Positions 26,791 through 40,133 of a stretch of 64,000 bases of DNA are shown piece after piece (within the stretch, counting starts at the first letter, position 1; the number at the start of each line of letters is the position of its first letter). Origin of the DNA: Cystobasidiomycetes sp. EMM_F5 (lineage: Eukaryota); the NCBI GenBank assembly GCA_051047955.1, contig JBPGPT010000054.1, positions 1 through 64,000 on the forward strand. The letters are read 5' to 3'. The notes under the pieces are model-generated. The model had not been told where the DNA came from and did no database searches. It saw only the letters and a list, made by a program, of their open reading frames with translations. The position numbers were made by a program, and so were the translations under genes.

Positions 26791-27627
26791 TCAATCATCG
26801 TGGAATCCAAGCCCAGAGCCGACATCGGTGGGCTGAGGCATGCCCGGCTTTGCGTTATACGAAATTCGCCCAGCAGGCAAGAAGAATAATGCAATTCCAG
26901 CTCCGTTCCGGACTCGAGGGAAATGATGGCTTCCTGGGCCGGGACTCGTCCTGCAAGTTACGCTTAAGGGCACGGTGGGAGGGAAAAGACTCTAAACGCT
27001 CACCATCCTCGTCCGACCCAAAAATTGTCGAGACCCTCTAGCTCTGGCTTCTCACCAGACCCAGGCTCCGGAAAAAACATATTCACCTCGCCGTACTGGC
27101 CAAGACGGCAAACATTAGCATCTACACGGGTGTATGTGTACATAAGAATCATCCTCACTGGATGAGCATGATATTGACCCTGCAGCACTGAGTTCGTCTT
27201 AGACTGCATGTAGACTGCTGTGATGGAGAACCAGCTGAGTTCTTCGCTCGGCGCTCGTAGCCGCGACCGTCGGTAATGCGGTCCGTCGACTTCGATATTA
27301 GCTAGCCAGCCCTATCGTATTAACTTGAGTCAGCCGGTCTTTCTTGGCCAATGAGTGTGCTTACATCATTCAATCCTCGAAAGGCCAAGCGTTCGAGCGT
27401 TTGGTAGAATTCCGAGTCTCCGCCATATTCCGTGTTGAGCTTCGCTTCCAGCTTCTTGCCGGGTGTCAGATCCTGTTCAAATGGTATCCTACTGTCAGCT
27501 TCGTGGGGAGAGAAGATTACAGCCCGGTACACCGGCTTCCTACCTTGATCCTGGGCAAGAAATCCGTGATTACTTGAACAAATTCTAGCTCCTCCGCGGA
27601 AGGAGAATGGTGACCGTTGGCCGACAT
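26791..27627 (-). CDS. 4-hydroxylaminobenzoate lyase (PnbB)-like protein, 5 exons
   Basis: Spliced product reads ...KDLTPGKKLEAKLNTEYG...GWLANIEVDGPHYRRSRL...FSITAVYM...GQYHAHPYGEVN...GWTSPGPGSHHFPRVRNGAGIALFFLPAGRISY, matching the motifs I recall for bacterial PnbB. Confidence 0.85.
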
Positions 27628-27829
27628 GATGTCAAAGAGCGCCGCTGAGTTGGTACAGACCAACCAGGCGTTACTCGGGGATTTACTGCTACGGCTTCGA
27701 AGGATCACGTGCGGCGATTTCTCGGCAGTAATATGACCCTGCATATAAGCAAGCCTGGGTAGGCATGACCAGCTATCGCTCAATGTGTTGATTCCAATTC
27801 GCTATGACCCGCAGTTACAGCTTCCAGCT

Positions 27830-29236
27830 TCATATTGGATTCAAGCCTGCTAAACTTCTCAATCGTTCTAATATCATCAACGACAATACGGTATGAGGAA
27901 ACAGTCTTATGAAGCAGCCCGCGAAGCCTTTATACAGCGCGGTAGGACCTTCGTTCCGCAAAAGCAGCATCAACGCATGCGGAGCATTTCGATACCGCTT
28001 CTCAGCATCATTCATTATGCGGACCTTGATGACATCTATCGGTGCACTGCTAGCGCTGCACACGAATCCAGCGATACCTGAGCACAGCAAGTGTGTCCGG
28101 AATCCTTCTGGAAAGGTGTGCGGGTGGTGCTGCCTCAAGTACGTTTTTGCGATGTCGTAACTGCGAAAACAGTCAGGTAAAAGGTTAAATTGATAGATCA
28201 ATACACGCACGAGCCCATCTGAGTTGCGGTAAGAATGCTTGCTCTGCACAAGGAAAAGAGGCCGTAAGTGCAGTCTGATGCGATGATTTTATCCAGACTT
28301 GCCTGAATACTGTGGGCCCTACAGCCCTATATAATCCTAATATCCCGCGTTCGGCAACGACCGCTCGTACTTGCTGACGCAGAGTCAGATTTGCTCCTAC
28401 GGCTTGCATTCGCACCTTCAACAGATCTGCTGGGTTGGCGATGCCCGCGCCTAGGGCACCCGAGCCCATTCCGGCTAAGAGCTTGACGCCCATGCTGTTG
28501 ACATCCACTGACGGTGATGCTTTGTGTATGCTTGTCTTGAAGAAGTCATAGCAGCCCATTCTGATGCTACTGTACGTCCTGTTTCAGGCAAATTGCGATA
28601 CGAGGCGGCATATCAGTAACAAAACACGAGAGGCAACGATGCCAGCCAAGACCGGATTGCAACGCATCTACACGATCAGAACAAGGGAACTTGCAGACTC
28701 ACATCTCACGACACAGGGAGGCCTGGTCAATTTCACGCAGCGCGTCAGACGGCATTTAGCAAGAGTCTCGCGCATGACCTACAGACAAGCCTTTGTAGAT
28801 ACTGAAGATGCCTTCATTCCGGACCATAGAAATGAGCGTGGTGACGAACGATGGAGCGAATGCTTGGCCGGCTTGCTTGATGTATAATTGTTGTCGGACT
28901 TTGGTCTATAGATATGGGCGTGTTCGGGGAGATGACAGGTATTCACGCGTCAGAGGCCGATCATGAATAGCTGCTGACGACATGACCTACAAGATCTGCC
29001 TATCATCGCAAGCATTGGAAGCTTCAGCTTTTAAGCAATTTGCGAACCGTGAATTGCAGCTTACCGGATGCGTGACCATGGACGCTGCCGCATTAGCTAG
29101 TCCTGATGGCTCCATCATCAGCTGCAACAATCGAATGAACTTTTAAGTGTCCAACCTCACCGGCCAGAAGCATTTTCAAGGCGACCTCATGGGCTGGATG
29201 TCGTTCGTTTTCGAAAGGCAGAGCGAGAGCCGACAT
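27830..29236 (-). CDS. Mitochondrial carrier (dicarboxylate/oxoglutarate/UCP-like subfamily)
   Basis: Three Px[DE]xxK motifs: PADLTKVR (via a 9-nt exon), PADLLKVR and PIDVIKVR. Also REMTYSSIRMG and YKGF...FIRLFPHT. Confidence 0.92.
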
Positions 29237-29667
29237 GATTCGCTGAGCAGATACAGCAATGTTTCAGAGCATGGTTGTGGAAGTCGCACACATGCACACC
29301 ACTGTTGGTCTGCTGGCGACTCTATGGTTTATTCAAAGACAGCTTCTTTCCGTCGACGTTATTAGATCGAGTTTCGGCTACCCGGTCTATCCGACCGAAG
29401 CCAAATTACATGCGGGCGGGCGTCAGCTTGACTGGACAACACCAGCACATATCCTACAACTCCAGTGCCTTCCAAGAGGTCAGCGTTGAGCTGACGAGTT
29501 TCGTTCTTCTTCCTCGTATAAGTCACGTGATCGTATGCGCGTGTGGGACCCCGGCCTCTTTACGCCCGAGTGGACCGGGGTTGACTTTTATTTCCTCGTT
29601 CGTAAATAGCTTCCCGCACTGCCGGCCTTTGCTTCTCTCCTTCCATCTTCCATCTCTACTATCTGAC

Positions 29668-31485
29668 ATGCTCGTCTCCCTGCTCGGCGCTTCTTCACTC
29701 ATTGGCTTCGCTTCGGCAGCTTGCTTGCAGATTCGACAATCTTCTGGCGCTACTCTTCCAACACCCGCAAACGACCCGTTCTATTTTCCGACAAATTACA
29801 CATCTTTGAACAACGGCGCAGTGATTGGTAAGGCAGCCTTCGGAAACCACTTTTTCTGCAGCAAATGTACTGACATCTTGCGTTTAGCGTCCCGCTCGGT
29901 CTCGACAACCGTCGCACCAATACTTTCGCTTGTCTCCAATGTCACTGTTGCGACTTACCAGGTTTCATGTCCGTGTTTCTCCCAATGCCTCATTGACCTC
30001 CACTTACATCATTGGCTGGTTAGACCGTACATCTGGGCCTTCAGGAGAGCCTCTAACCGCAGTAGCAACAGTATGGGTTCCGACGCCTAAGCAGCCGAAT
30101 CTCCTGGTCAGCTGTATGTCCCAACCTTCTCCTAATGTGGAAAGTTGGTCGGATAACTTAATACTATTCTCGCAGATCAAACGCCAGAGGATAGCAACGG
30201 GATTAACTGCTCTCCCAGGTAAGTGAATACGTGCGTGTATACCGTCGCCGCCTCTGATTGTACTTGATCCGTCGCAGTTACAATTTTCTAGCAGGAGTAA
30301 ATGTCACTGCCTTAGGAACGGCTACTGGCGGCGATGTCGGCACAGTGGCTCTACTACTTCTCAGAGGCTATACGGTGGTGGTCTCGGATTATGAGACTTC
30401 CCTCGCAGCGTTTGGTATCGGTCAAGTGGCGGGAAGAGGTACTCTCGATGGAATCCGAGCGGCAATCGCCTTCAACTCGTCAGGATTGAATGCGAGTAGT
30501 ACGCTGGTCGCGGCGACCGGCTACAGCGGCGGCTCGTTATCAACATCTCACGCCCTTGCATTGCAACCAACGTATGCACCAGAATTAAAGATTGTTGCCG
30601 GTGCTACTGGTGGCTTGCCATCCAATTTGACGGCGAACGCACTGTTCCTGGATGGAACAATTGGTTCCGGGTGAGATAGCATCAAATTCATCCTCTCTCT
30701 CTGACTAACCGTGCTGGCTCTATTCTCAGTTTTATCCCCATCACGCTCGCCGGTTTCTACAGGTATTATGCCGGATTCAGAGCCTTCTTTGATGCCTACG
30801 CAACAGACTTCGGACGCACTGCATTGTAAGCGAAGTCAGTCCTGCAAGATTTCGCAAGATTGCTGATTACCTTGTTCACAGGCAATTTGCGAACTCAACC
30901 TGCTTAAACAATGTTCTTGCAAAGTATCCATACATCAACGTTTTTAACGGTACAAACTTCTTCACAAACGGAGCAACAATCTTGCAGAATGCCACAGTTA
31001 GAGCTGTCTTCGATGCTCAGACGTTAGGCTTGAACTCCTCTCAAGTGCCCAAAGTTCCTATCATTGCTAGTCACTGGTATGTACGCATGTCGTGCACTTC
31101 TGGCTTACAGCTGAGTAATCTCTTCCAGCATTGCGGACCAGACGGTCCCATTCCCGCAAGCTTACCGTAGGCAGCAACCTAGGCAAAGTTTCTGAATCCT
31201 ACTGACTTGGACAACATCGCAGAAACATGGACATCGTGGTGCAATACTGGCTCAGCACCCATCCAATTCATGGGTGACACGAATCCCAACTGCTCGCATA
31301 CCTCCGAGTATATTGTATCGCTTCCGAGCTACTTTGACTTCATCGCAGCCAGATTTGCGGGGGCAAGCGGGGCAACCAATTGCTCTTTCACCAATTCGAC
31401 TCGTGCGGTTCCTGCAGCGAGCGCTCTGGGAGCAAACGCGACTCTGATCTACGGTCAATTCATTGCATCCCTCAGCTCGGCATGA
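29668..31485 (+). CDS. Secreted lipase, LIP family (Candida/Malassezia-type)
   Basis: Signal peptide MLVSLLGASSLIGFASA, P..DPFY, VVSDYE, LDGIRA, nucleophile elbow GYSGG, and YAPEL; many introns. Confidence 0.88.
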
Positions 31486-31700
31486 AGGGGTTCAAATTCT
31501 CGTCTAATAACACGCATTGAAAAGGAAATGAAGGCAATTACCAAAGGAGGATATTAACCAGAATGACAGAAGTCAGCATAATCCATAAGGACTCTCAGCC
31601 TTTGTTTCGTTGTATGGAAATCCTTTCCGTCATTGAGGCACGTCCATCTGTTCAGGCTGTATCTTCTTTGCACACCGACCAAACCCGGCCGTTCGGGATT

Positions 31701-33795
31701 ATGCCATCTGGTCACAGTGTGACTTCAAGAAGAGGTCTTCGTCTGCTCGTACAGTCTGCCCAAGGTGTTCGAGCGCAGAACGGGTCTTTGGGCCATCCGT
31801 GCATCTGCAATCTAAGGCATGTTTCATCAAGCAGCGTAGCCAGGTCGATATCCTTCGCACCCTCAGCAGCCTCAACATCGTATTCATCGCCCGCATCCGC
31901 TTCCTTCTCCTCGACTTCGCAAGCCCAGGCATCCACATCGTCGAGCCCGACTAGTCCGCAGCCGAACGCAACGACAACGCCAGTTGCATCTACGAGAGGG
32001 CCAGCTTCACCTAAATGGCAGAGTAGAACTCGCCTTACCGACCTCGCTCTTGGTATCGCAGGGACGCTGGGCTTTTCGGCCTTGATATTTTACAACCTAA
32101 AGTCTACAAACGAGTCTGGCGGCCAAATGTCGAGCTTTACGACTATGTCTGCAAAGACGTTCACTCTTCCCATACCAACCAAGACTGGCGTCGACTTGCG
32201 TACAATTACCATGATTTCCAAACGAGCCGTTGACGAAAAGCTCAAGGAGAATGAGCGCAGCTTTGGTGTAGCTCGGCCTGGCAATCCGCTGTACCGGTAC
32301 GACACAAACAGCGTCGCATCGAATCCTATATGCGAAGACGCTGCTGCATTCACAATACTCGAACATGAGGGCAAAGATTGGATCCTTGCCAGTGTCTTCG
32401 ATGGTCATTCTGGACACGCAACTAGCCGCCTCATGGCAGTACAGCTAGAAAAGTACATTGGAAGAGAACTCATGCAGGTCTTCAAAGGTGGCTATCGGAG
32501 TCTGTCCATTGCAGGCGAAAGTTGGTGGAATGCCCTTCTTAACCCTTCAAAAGACAAAACTTCTGCTGCTCTATCAGCCAAGCTCGATGAGCGGATACAT
32601 CTCATTCCTGAAGCACTACGAAACGCATATCTTCAAGCGGATAAAGACATATGCCAACCTCCGCTAGACTACCTTAAATCGCTAGAAAATCCTTCGTCGC
32701 TGGCCAAGCTGACCGAAGAGCAACGCAAACATGGCATGGACCTGCTTATGCCGGCGTTGTCTGGGTCATGCTCCATCTCCACTCTCATCGACACGAGCGA
32801 AAGCCAAGCGTACGTTGCCTTGGCCGGAGACTCGCGAGCTGTAATGGGAACGTATCATCCAGAGACGGGCAAATGGTCGTGTCAAGTCTTGTCTGAAGAT
32901 CAGACGGGACGAAATCCCAAGGAAGTAGCACGAATGCGAAAGGAACATCCAAAGAACGAAAGTGAGCAAGTTATTATGCGCGGAAGAGTGCTCGGTGGCC
33001 TCGAACCGACTCGAAGTTTCGGAGATGCAAAGTACAAGTACCCTGTAGGTATGCAAGAAAAGCTCATTCGTACATTCAGTCCTTCCTCGAGGTGGAGTGC
33101 TCCAGCACTATATCAGACGCCTCCGTACGTGACGGCGGACCCCGAAGTATCGGTATTCCCATTGAGCACTCAGAACAATGACATTCATAAACAAGCTGTG
33201 TCGAGTAGTCCACCTGCTCTCTCGTCTAATACGTCAGAGTCCGCGACCTCGCCATCCATTGGCAAGCGCTTCATCGTACTCGCTACCGACGGTCTTTACG
33301 ACTGCCTGTCATCCGAGGAGGTGGTTGCGTTAGTCGCTGCGCGCTTGGACGGCGTAAAGGGGACAAAGTCTGGCACGGAAATACTCGGCCGCCTCGGGAC
33401 GTCAGACCAAAGTACCTCGGCATTCAAGAGCCACACACCGTCGGGGTCTGAAGGTTCCGACCAGCAAGCTAGTAGCAAGAGGAAGTTTACATTTGAAGAT
33501 GACAATTTGTGCACGCATCTCATCCGCAATGCACTCGGTGGGGCCAATTCCGAGCAAGTCTCGGGTCTGCTGAGCATCCCTGCCCCGCTCAGTCGGCGAT
33601 ACAGAGATGATGTAAGTGCAGACGAATGTGCGGGTCGATCAACCTGACTTGTGACACTCACTCCATTGATAGATTACCATCACCGTCATGCTCTTGGACT
33701 CGGAGCATGTCGACAAGAGCCCTATGAACGACACGAAGCAGATTCTAGGTGTGCATCAGATATATGACAATGCGCCCGTCAAGGCAAAGCTGTGA
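31701..33795 (+). CDS. PTC5: PP2C phosphatase, pyruvate dehydrogenase phosphatase/Ptc5 type
   Basis: SNPICED, VFDGHSG, GDSRAV, GGLEPTRSFGD, TPPYVTA.P, LATDGL and THLIRNALG...RRYRDD/IT. Intron at 33612-33672; the protein ends AKL*. The start codon is uncertain. Confidence 0.92.
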
Positions 33796-34076
33796 TGGCA
33801 GGTTATTATTGTTGACTGTGTGTAGCATGGGCCTTGCTGTAATCAACATGTATTACCTGGATAGCTTCTGACCAACCAATCAATACGAGCTCTTGCAAAC
33901 TGCGTATGATCCGCAATGAGGACTGCAGCTTCGATGCCCAACACTGCTGCCGCTGCTGCATGCTGCTGCCCGCTATTATTCAATGACTTGTAATCCTAGC
34001 CGGCTCACAACCAAGACTCGGACTGCTGGATGCTGCCCCCACCATCCCAGGACTCTCCACCACTGATTGCGCAGCC

Positions 34077-37000
34077 ATGGAGGCTGCCAGCTCTTCCAGG
34101 CTCCAGTCCCATTCCCATTCCCAGTCATCGCCGTCATTGCCGTCCGGACGGGCGTCCCACCAAGATGCCCCGATACGGCTGCTCGAGCCCCGCATCAGGC
34201 TGCTTTCGTATCGCATACCGCTGTCGGTGGTGCGCGGTGAGAGTCTGCAGGCGGGGCAGCCGTCGAGCAGGCCGGCGAACGATGCCAGTGTAGCTCCAGC
34301 GAGCTCCGGTGGAAACCATGCCGTCACTGCCAACGCAGCCGCTACCAACACCCTTCCTGCGTCGGAGACTGGCGCAACGCCCTCTGCGCAATCCTCGGTC
34401 CCGTCTTTTCATCTCGCGGCGTTTCTGCTGGGCGTGAACCCCACTGCTAGCACCCCAGCAGGACATACTCCAGGCGCGCAGACGCCGATTTCCACTCTGG
34501 CCAACACTCTAGCTGGCGCAACTCATGCGCCGACTAGCGGACAGAGTGCTCTTGGTCGAGAGGGCCTAGGATCTACCGCCAGCAGTGTTCATCCCACAGC
34601 TACTTCTACCAGTCTGTCGCCAATCTGGCGGGTAAGATGGGCGTGCTATAGCAGATCTCCTCCGCCTCTTTCGGATACTTCCGCATCGCTTCAAGTTCCC
34701 GGCAGCAGCTTTGGCGAGGTGTCCAACACTCAGACTCGACAATCTTCCCGTCCTTCGACCAGCCAAGGTCGAGGCATACGCCCAGGCTTGTCTCTGCGAT
34801 TGCCGTCAACCCACAGTCCTCCCACTTTCGCGTATAGCGCCGTAGAAGCTCCACCATCCTCTCTCCTGCCTCCCTACTCCTCGACCCGGCGGCCGCTGTC
34901 AGCTCGCCCTTTTAGCGCAACTGGCAAACGACGTGCGCGGGCCGACTCGTCCCTCTCGCAAAGAAGCAGTAAGAGACCTCGCTTCTCTAGCTCGTATTCT
35001 ACGAATCGCCAAAATCCAGATGGAGCGCCGAATCTAGAACCGCCGTGGCCGGGCCTTGAGGCATCTCATCCGCTATATCGTCTTTTGTCCTCTTTGCGCG
35101 GGCGTCAGCTTGAGGAAGAAGACCCCTTCTTTGTCGCACGTCGTCAATGGTCCGGGCAAGGTGCCAGCCCCGACAATTCGCCAGAAGTGACTGGCGGAGT
35201 AAAGTCTCAAGGCAAAAAGGGACATACGACAGCGACGCCTAGAACGCCTGCTACTCTACCAAACCGACTTTTTTCAATCCATGCAGATCTTTCAGATGGT
35301 GCGGTTCCGACGTTGTGCCGCAAATTGTGGCTGTTCGCAATCACGCCGCTTGACAACAGGGAGCACGTCAACGAAATGTTGACAGATTCGGAATTTTTTG
35401 GGTCTTATGCCAACCTCGATCGTGAGTTGCATGCAATACGACACGCAGATAACCGACATCCTTGTCTGATGTTTCTCTATGCAGTCCAGTCGAGCGGTTC
35501 TTTCACTTCACAAGACCTATTCCCTTCTTTGTACAATGAAAACGGACTCTATGCGTCACCATCCTCACGACCAGCGCGGCTCATGAACACATGCCTAATG
35601 CTAAGTGGTCCGGCGAATGCCGAGACAGCTCAAGCAAGTGAGCAACTACTGCGTGCGGTACGTGAACATCTCGAACAGGACATGGTGGATCAGTGCCATC
35701 CATCAGGCTTGGAACAAGGGCTGAAAGTAGGCGATGGCATACTCTGGCCAATAGACGACTCGGACTCGTCAGCAACCCCTGGTGGGCTCTATTGCGCTTT
35801 GAGTGTTCATTTTGATCATGAAGGCATCGTGGCCTCTGTCAGCCTGTCTCAGTGTCACGCACGTCGACTGACCAGGCTATGTTTGCCTGACGATGGGAGA
35901 GACGATGGCAGGGTTGAGAAACGGTCAGACATTCTACCTGGTCAGCAGATTGTCTTGCTGCCCCTGGGTCTGTCCGCAGTGTTCTGCCGCCATTATGGGA
36001 CAGGACAGTCGCGACCCATCAAGCAGGATGGCAAGGTAGCTAGTACTGAACAGCTCCTTCTTTCCAAGTATCAACAACATATGGCAACGTTGCCTCAATG
36101 CGAATACCATACCGACAATGATCAGACACAGTGGCTCCTGTGCACTATCGGCGATGAGGAGCTGCTTTGGCCATCAGCAATGACGCTCATGTACGACAAA
36201 CCGAGTGAAAAAACTGGTGCTGCCCATCAAAGTGGTTTGAGCTCTGGTATGCGACCGAAGGTGACACCTAATTCCAAGAGCTTGATTGGACGTCATTCGC
36301 GAGTGAAGCAGTTGGTTGCCCAGACTTCAGCATATATCGACCGCATCGGGCGCGAAAAAGAGCGCGAACGGCGCGAGAAGGCCGAGCGCTCATTGGGCAC
36401 ACTGGGTCACGACATCAATGCACTCAACGCAAAGCTCGATGATGACACTGTCACGTTAACAAATACCAGCAGTGATAGCAAGCATATCGGCGCTGCCGTG
36501 CCCAGTACGAATTCCTCAACAGTTGAACGTTCTGTCAAGCAAAGTGCTAGTCGTGTTTTGCCGAGAAAGACCTCTTCTCAGCCTGCACGATATTCAGCAA
36601 TGCGGTCCCTAGATAAACTAGCTGCCCTCCTACCTCCTCTACCCCCCACTCCTCGGGCATCAGAGCCTGTCGCTACCCAGTCTTTCAAACCCTTTACGTC
36701 CGCTGGCGCGGTTCGTGAATCTAACCACCCTCATGCAGCTGGTATCGAAGCAACCGATGAGGCAGGCCAATCGTCGCACAGTAGAGCGGGAGAGGCGGTA
36801 GATATAGGGCAAGTTTCGACACTTGACCAAGGCAACATGTTCCGTGATTTCATGTGGGATGACTACGGCAATAGTCATTTCGGCAGTAATGACACGCTAC
36901 GGGAAACGAACTTTTCCAGCAGCGTAACCTTTGCTGACGGCATTGGTAACATGTTCGACGGCCCTTTGACGGAAGACGATTTCAGCTTCTTCGACACGCC

Positions 37001-39991
37001 CGCAATTCCCACGGTTACAGAGTCGCTTCAACAATACATGCCGACATCTTCTAGAGCACTGGACGCCGCATCGACAGCAACAGCGTCTGCGGATCTAGCT
37101 TTTGTGACAGCTTCGGGGCCCGTCGATCATTTCAGCCACTTGATGCCGACCGGCAATTCCCCAGCTTCTGTACCGTACAGCGCGTCTCAGCCTTCGCGCG
37201 TTCTCCCTATGGACTACGTCTCTCAAAATTTGATGCCCTACTCAACATTCGATTCAGAGTCGCCTTCGTTTGGCCTCACTTTTGCTCCATCCCCGCAGAT
37301 AGCCTTCGAATGGTCTGCAACTAAGCAGACCGCGTCAGATACGTTTACATCTTTTCTTACACCCAGCTCTGATCAACAGCATGCAACAGACAACGCGACA
37401 GCCTACAACCACATCACAGAACTTGACGACAATACTGCCCTATCACTCAGTCGAGCCGCAGTAGGGATCGAGACCGCAATCACCGCGAGTCCAAGCAGCC
37501 AACGTCGGAAGACAGTGTCCGCTTTTCAGCCTCTCACGTTATCCAGTCCCGCAGCCGTTTCTAGCCAAAGTATGGTTTCGACAACCAGCTTACGACCCGC
37601 TCTTAAGAACAATGAAAACGCGAACTTGGCTGAAGTTCATCGCATTGCACGAGCAAATAATTTTCGAACCCGTTTTTTAAAATCCGCCGCAACAACAATC
37701 GATGCGGAGCTCAATTATAACCGCAATTGGATAATACGTGAAGATGCCGGCGAGCTAGTCTTCGATGAGTCTAGCACCTCTAGTGAAGATTCCAGTGACA
37801 ACGAGACACCGGATGATCATCCCATGTACGAAGCATCCCCTTTCCCTCAGACGCCCTTGACCGGGACCGGGCACTCAGCTATCGGGCCGTATTTGATCTT
37901 GGCCGGGTCATTGATGTCCTCGCTGTCGCGCTCGCAAGTCTCTTCTGAATCTGCGCTCGATACGAAAGACATTAAGGATAAGAACTCCCGGACTGCCAAG
38001 GAAGCTCTTATAACAGTCTTCTTTACCCAGCTTGTTGAGAATCCAGACTTTCGAGAACGCTGTGTTCCTCACGTCTTGCACACATCGGCCGGTAAGATGA
38101 ACAGTGTGCCTCGATTCGTGCAAGGTGGCTAATTATGTTCAATCAGAAATCGCAGAACGAGCATATCCAGAGGTGTGCGATACCGACCTGCTACCATACA
38201 GCACGATCAGGCCGCCAGAGCATGTTCAGCAGACATTTATTTCGTTGATGCATCACATGGCAGTGATGCGAATGTCTCTATCGGCAATCAAATTATGGGA
38301 GAAGGTGGCTCTACAGCCTATGAGCGGTCCCAAGGACGTGAAAGCTTTCGTCACTTGTGCTTCGTCCCTTGCTACCGATGTCGTGCGTTCAGCAATAGTT
38401 CCTTGGCTGGAGAATGTAGCCTCTGTATACAAAGTACGTCTCCTCTTGCATATTACGATGCGCAACTAATTTGCCGACGCCATTATTGTATCTAGAGCTG
38501 CGGGTTAGGTCACCATAGCTACCATACATACGAAGACCAAGACGACACACTACCGCTCATCAGTATTGACACAGGTGACAAATTGCTCAGCAATTTGGCG
38601 GAGCAGAATCTACTAGACAAAATGTCGGGGTTGAGTGCAAAGATCATTAAGCATAGCGGCACCGCAGCTTTCGGGGTCGTCTACATCCTTGTGGAGGACG
38701 CCGAGTGCAGTTCTGCAAATCTGATTCTGAACCAAATTTGCCTTCGCCTCCACCTAATAAGGCGTGGACTCATACCACACTTAGTGCCGATTTCGCTTCT
38801 GTCACGATCCTTAAGCCGGTTGCGACGCGCCACCTCAGCTAGATCTGGTCACGATAACGTAATCAGCAGACTCGCTTTTGCAATATACGATCGGCTGCAG
38901 CTATCCGTCTCCAGATTTGAGCCACCGTTTGCCAGCATTCTCATGAATTATCCGAAGGAAAATCCGAATCAGTCGACACGGCTGTGCTGTGCTCCAGCAT
39001 TCAAGATTATCCCTCAAGCGAGACAGCAAGTTGCCTTCACGCTGCAATGGCCGCCTCCGACTCTGGACATCCTGGATAGAAACCGTATCCTTCATGTAGC
39101 ATACGCAATCTCAGCGGACAAGAAATGGATAGCTCTAGCTACAATCGACGAAAAAGGGGAAAACTACAGTCTTCGTTCTCGGTCTATCGAAGGTCTCGAT
39201 GCCAAAACTACCCTGCGCAGAGTTTGGGCATTCGCAAAGGAATTTGCCGAGGTCGTCAGCGTCGAATGGCGCATTGTTATCACTAAAGCCGGCTTCATGC
39301 CATCGTCTGAACTGGTTGGTAAGCAGAAGTGGTCTCGTGTTTGAGAGCGTCCATTGACTATGTGGTTTGTCACACAGCCTGGACCGACTTGCTTCAGACA
39401 TGTGTTCCAAATTTGGCTCGGCCAGCCATGGTTTCCGTCTGCAGTATTGGTGACGCGGTAGAGCTTCAGCAAGGTGATGAGCCAGACCCATTCGATGCGA
39501 GTGCAGAAACCGCAAGTGGCAAACCGGCGGGTAGCCTCTATTATGCTGATTCTCGAACTTCGGCGTATGCGAGCTTTGCAAATCATCCTGTGGCAGTCTA
39601 TGAAGAAGCGGCTCCGCCTTCAAAGGCCTTTCCCATCCCATTTGTACCGCCCCGTGCATATTACGCCCTTTCTTCTGCATCGATCTATTTCGTCGACAAG
39701 CTTACCCCAGTCATCGATGGCTACAGCACCTTCCTCAGTGACGACGTACCAAGGCGAAGTCCTCGCAGCTATGCATTTTACTACCTCCTGACCGTGACTC
39801 ACAACGGATCCACCTATCCCCACTCGCTGGCCCGACACATGCGCGACGTGGCGCAATCTTTTGTAGATTTGCAGGCTCTGGGTCGCGAACGGTGGAGCCT
39901 ATGTCATCGCAGCATTGAAGTGTATCCGTATCACCTGGCTGCGGTGCTCCTGCTGGCGAGGTACGACATCGACTCGCTACTCCGGCCGTGA
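34077..39991 (+). CDS. MED13: Mediator kinase-module subunit Med13 (Ssn2/Srb9)
   Basis: TEDDFSFFD, WEKVALQPMSGPKDV, LHVAYAIS.DKKW...DEKGE, WRIVITK.G and PYHLAAV, with a long disordered N-terminal half. Confidence 0.85.
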
Positions 39992-40133
39992 GCATATATT
40001 CACACCAAGACGCTCGCTTGGATCTACCCGACGAGCGAGTCTCTTACAAGACATCCTGTAGCATAGCCATAGTAAACCATGTATCGATAGTCCTCGACGT
40101 CTTGGAATCACACCCAAACATGGCCAGACGAGT

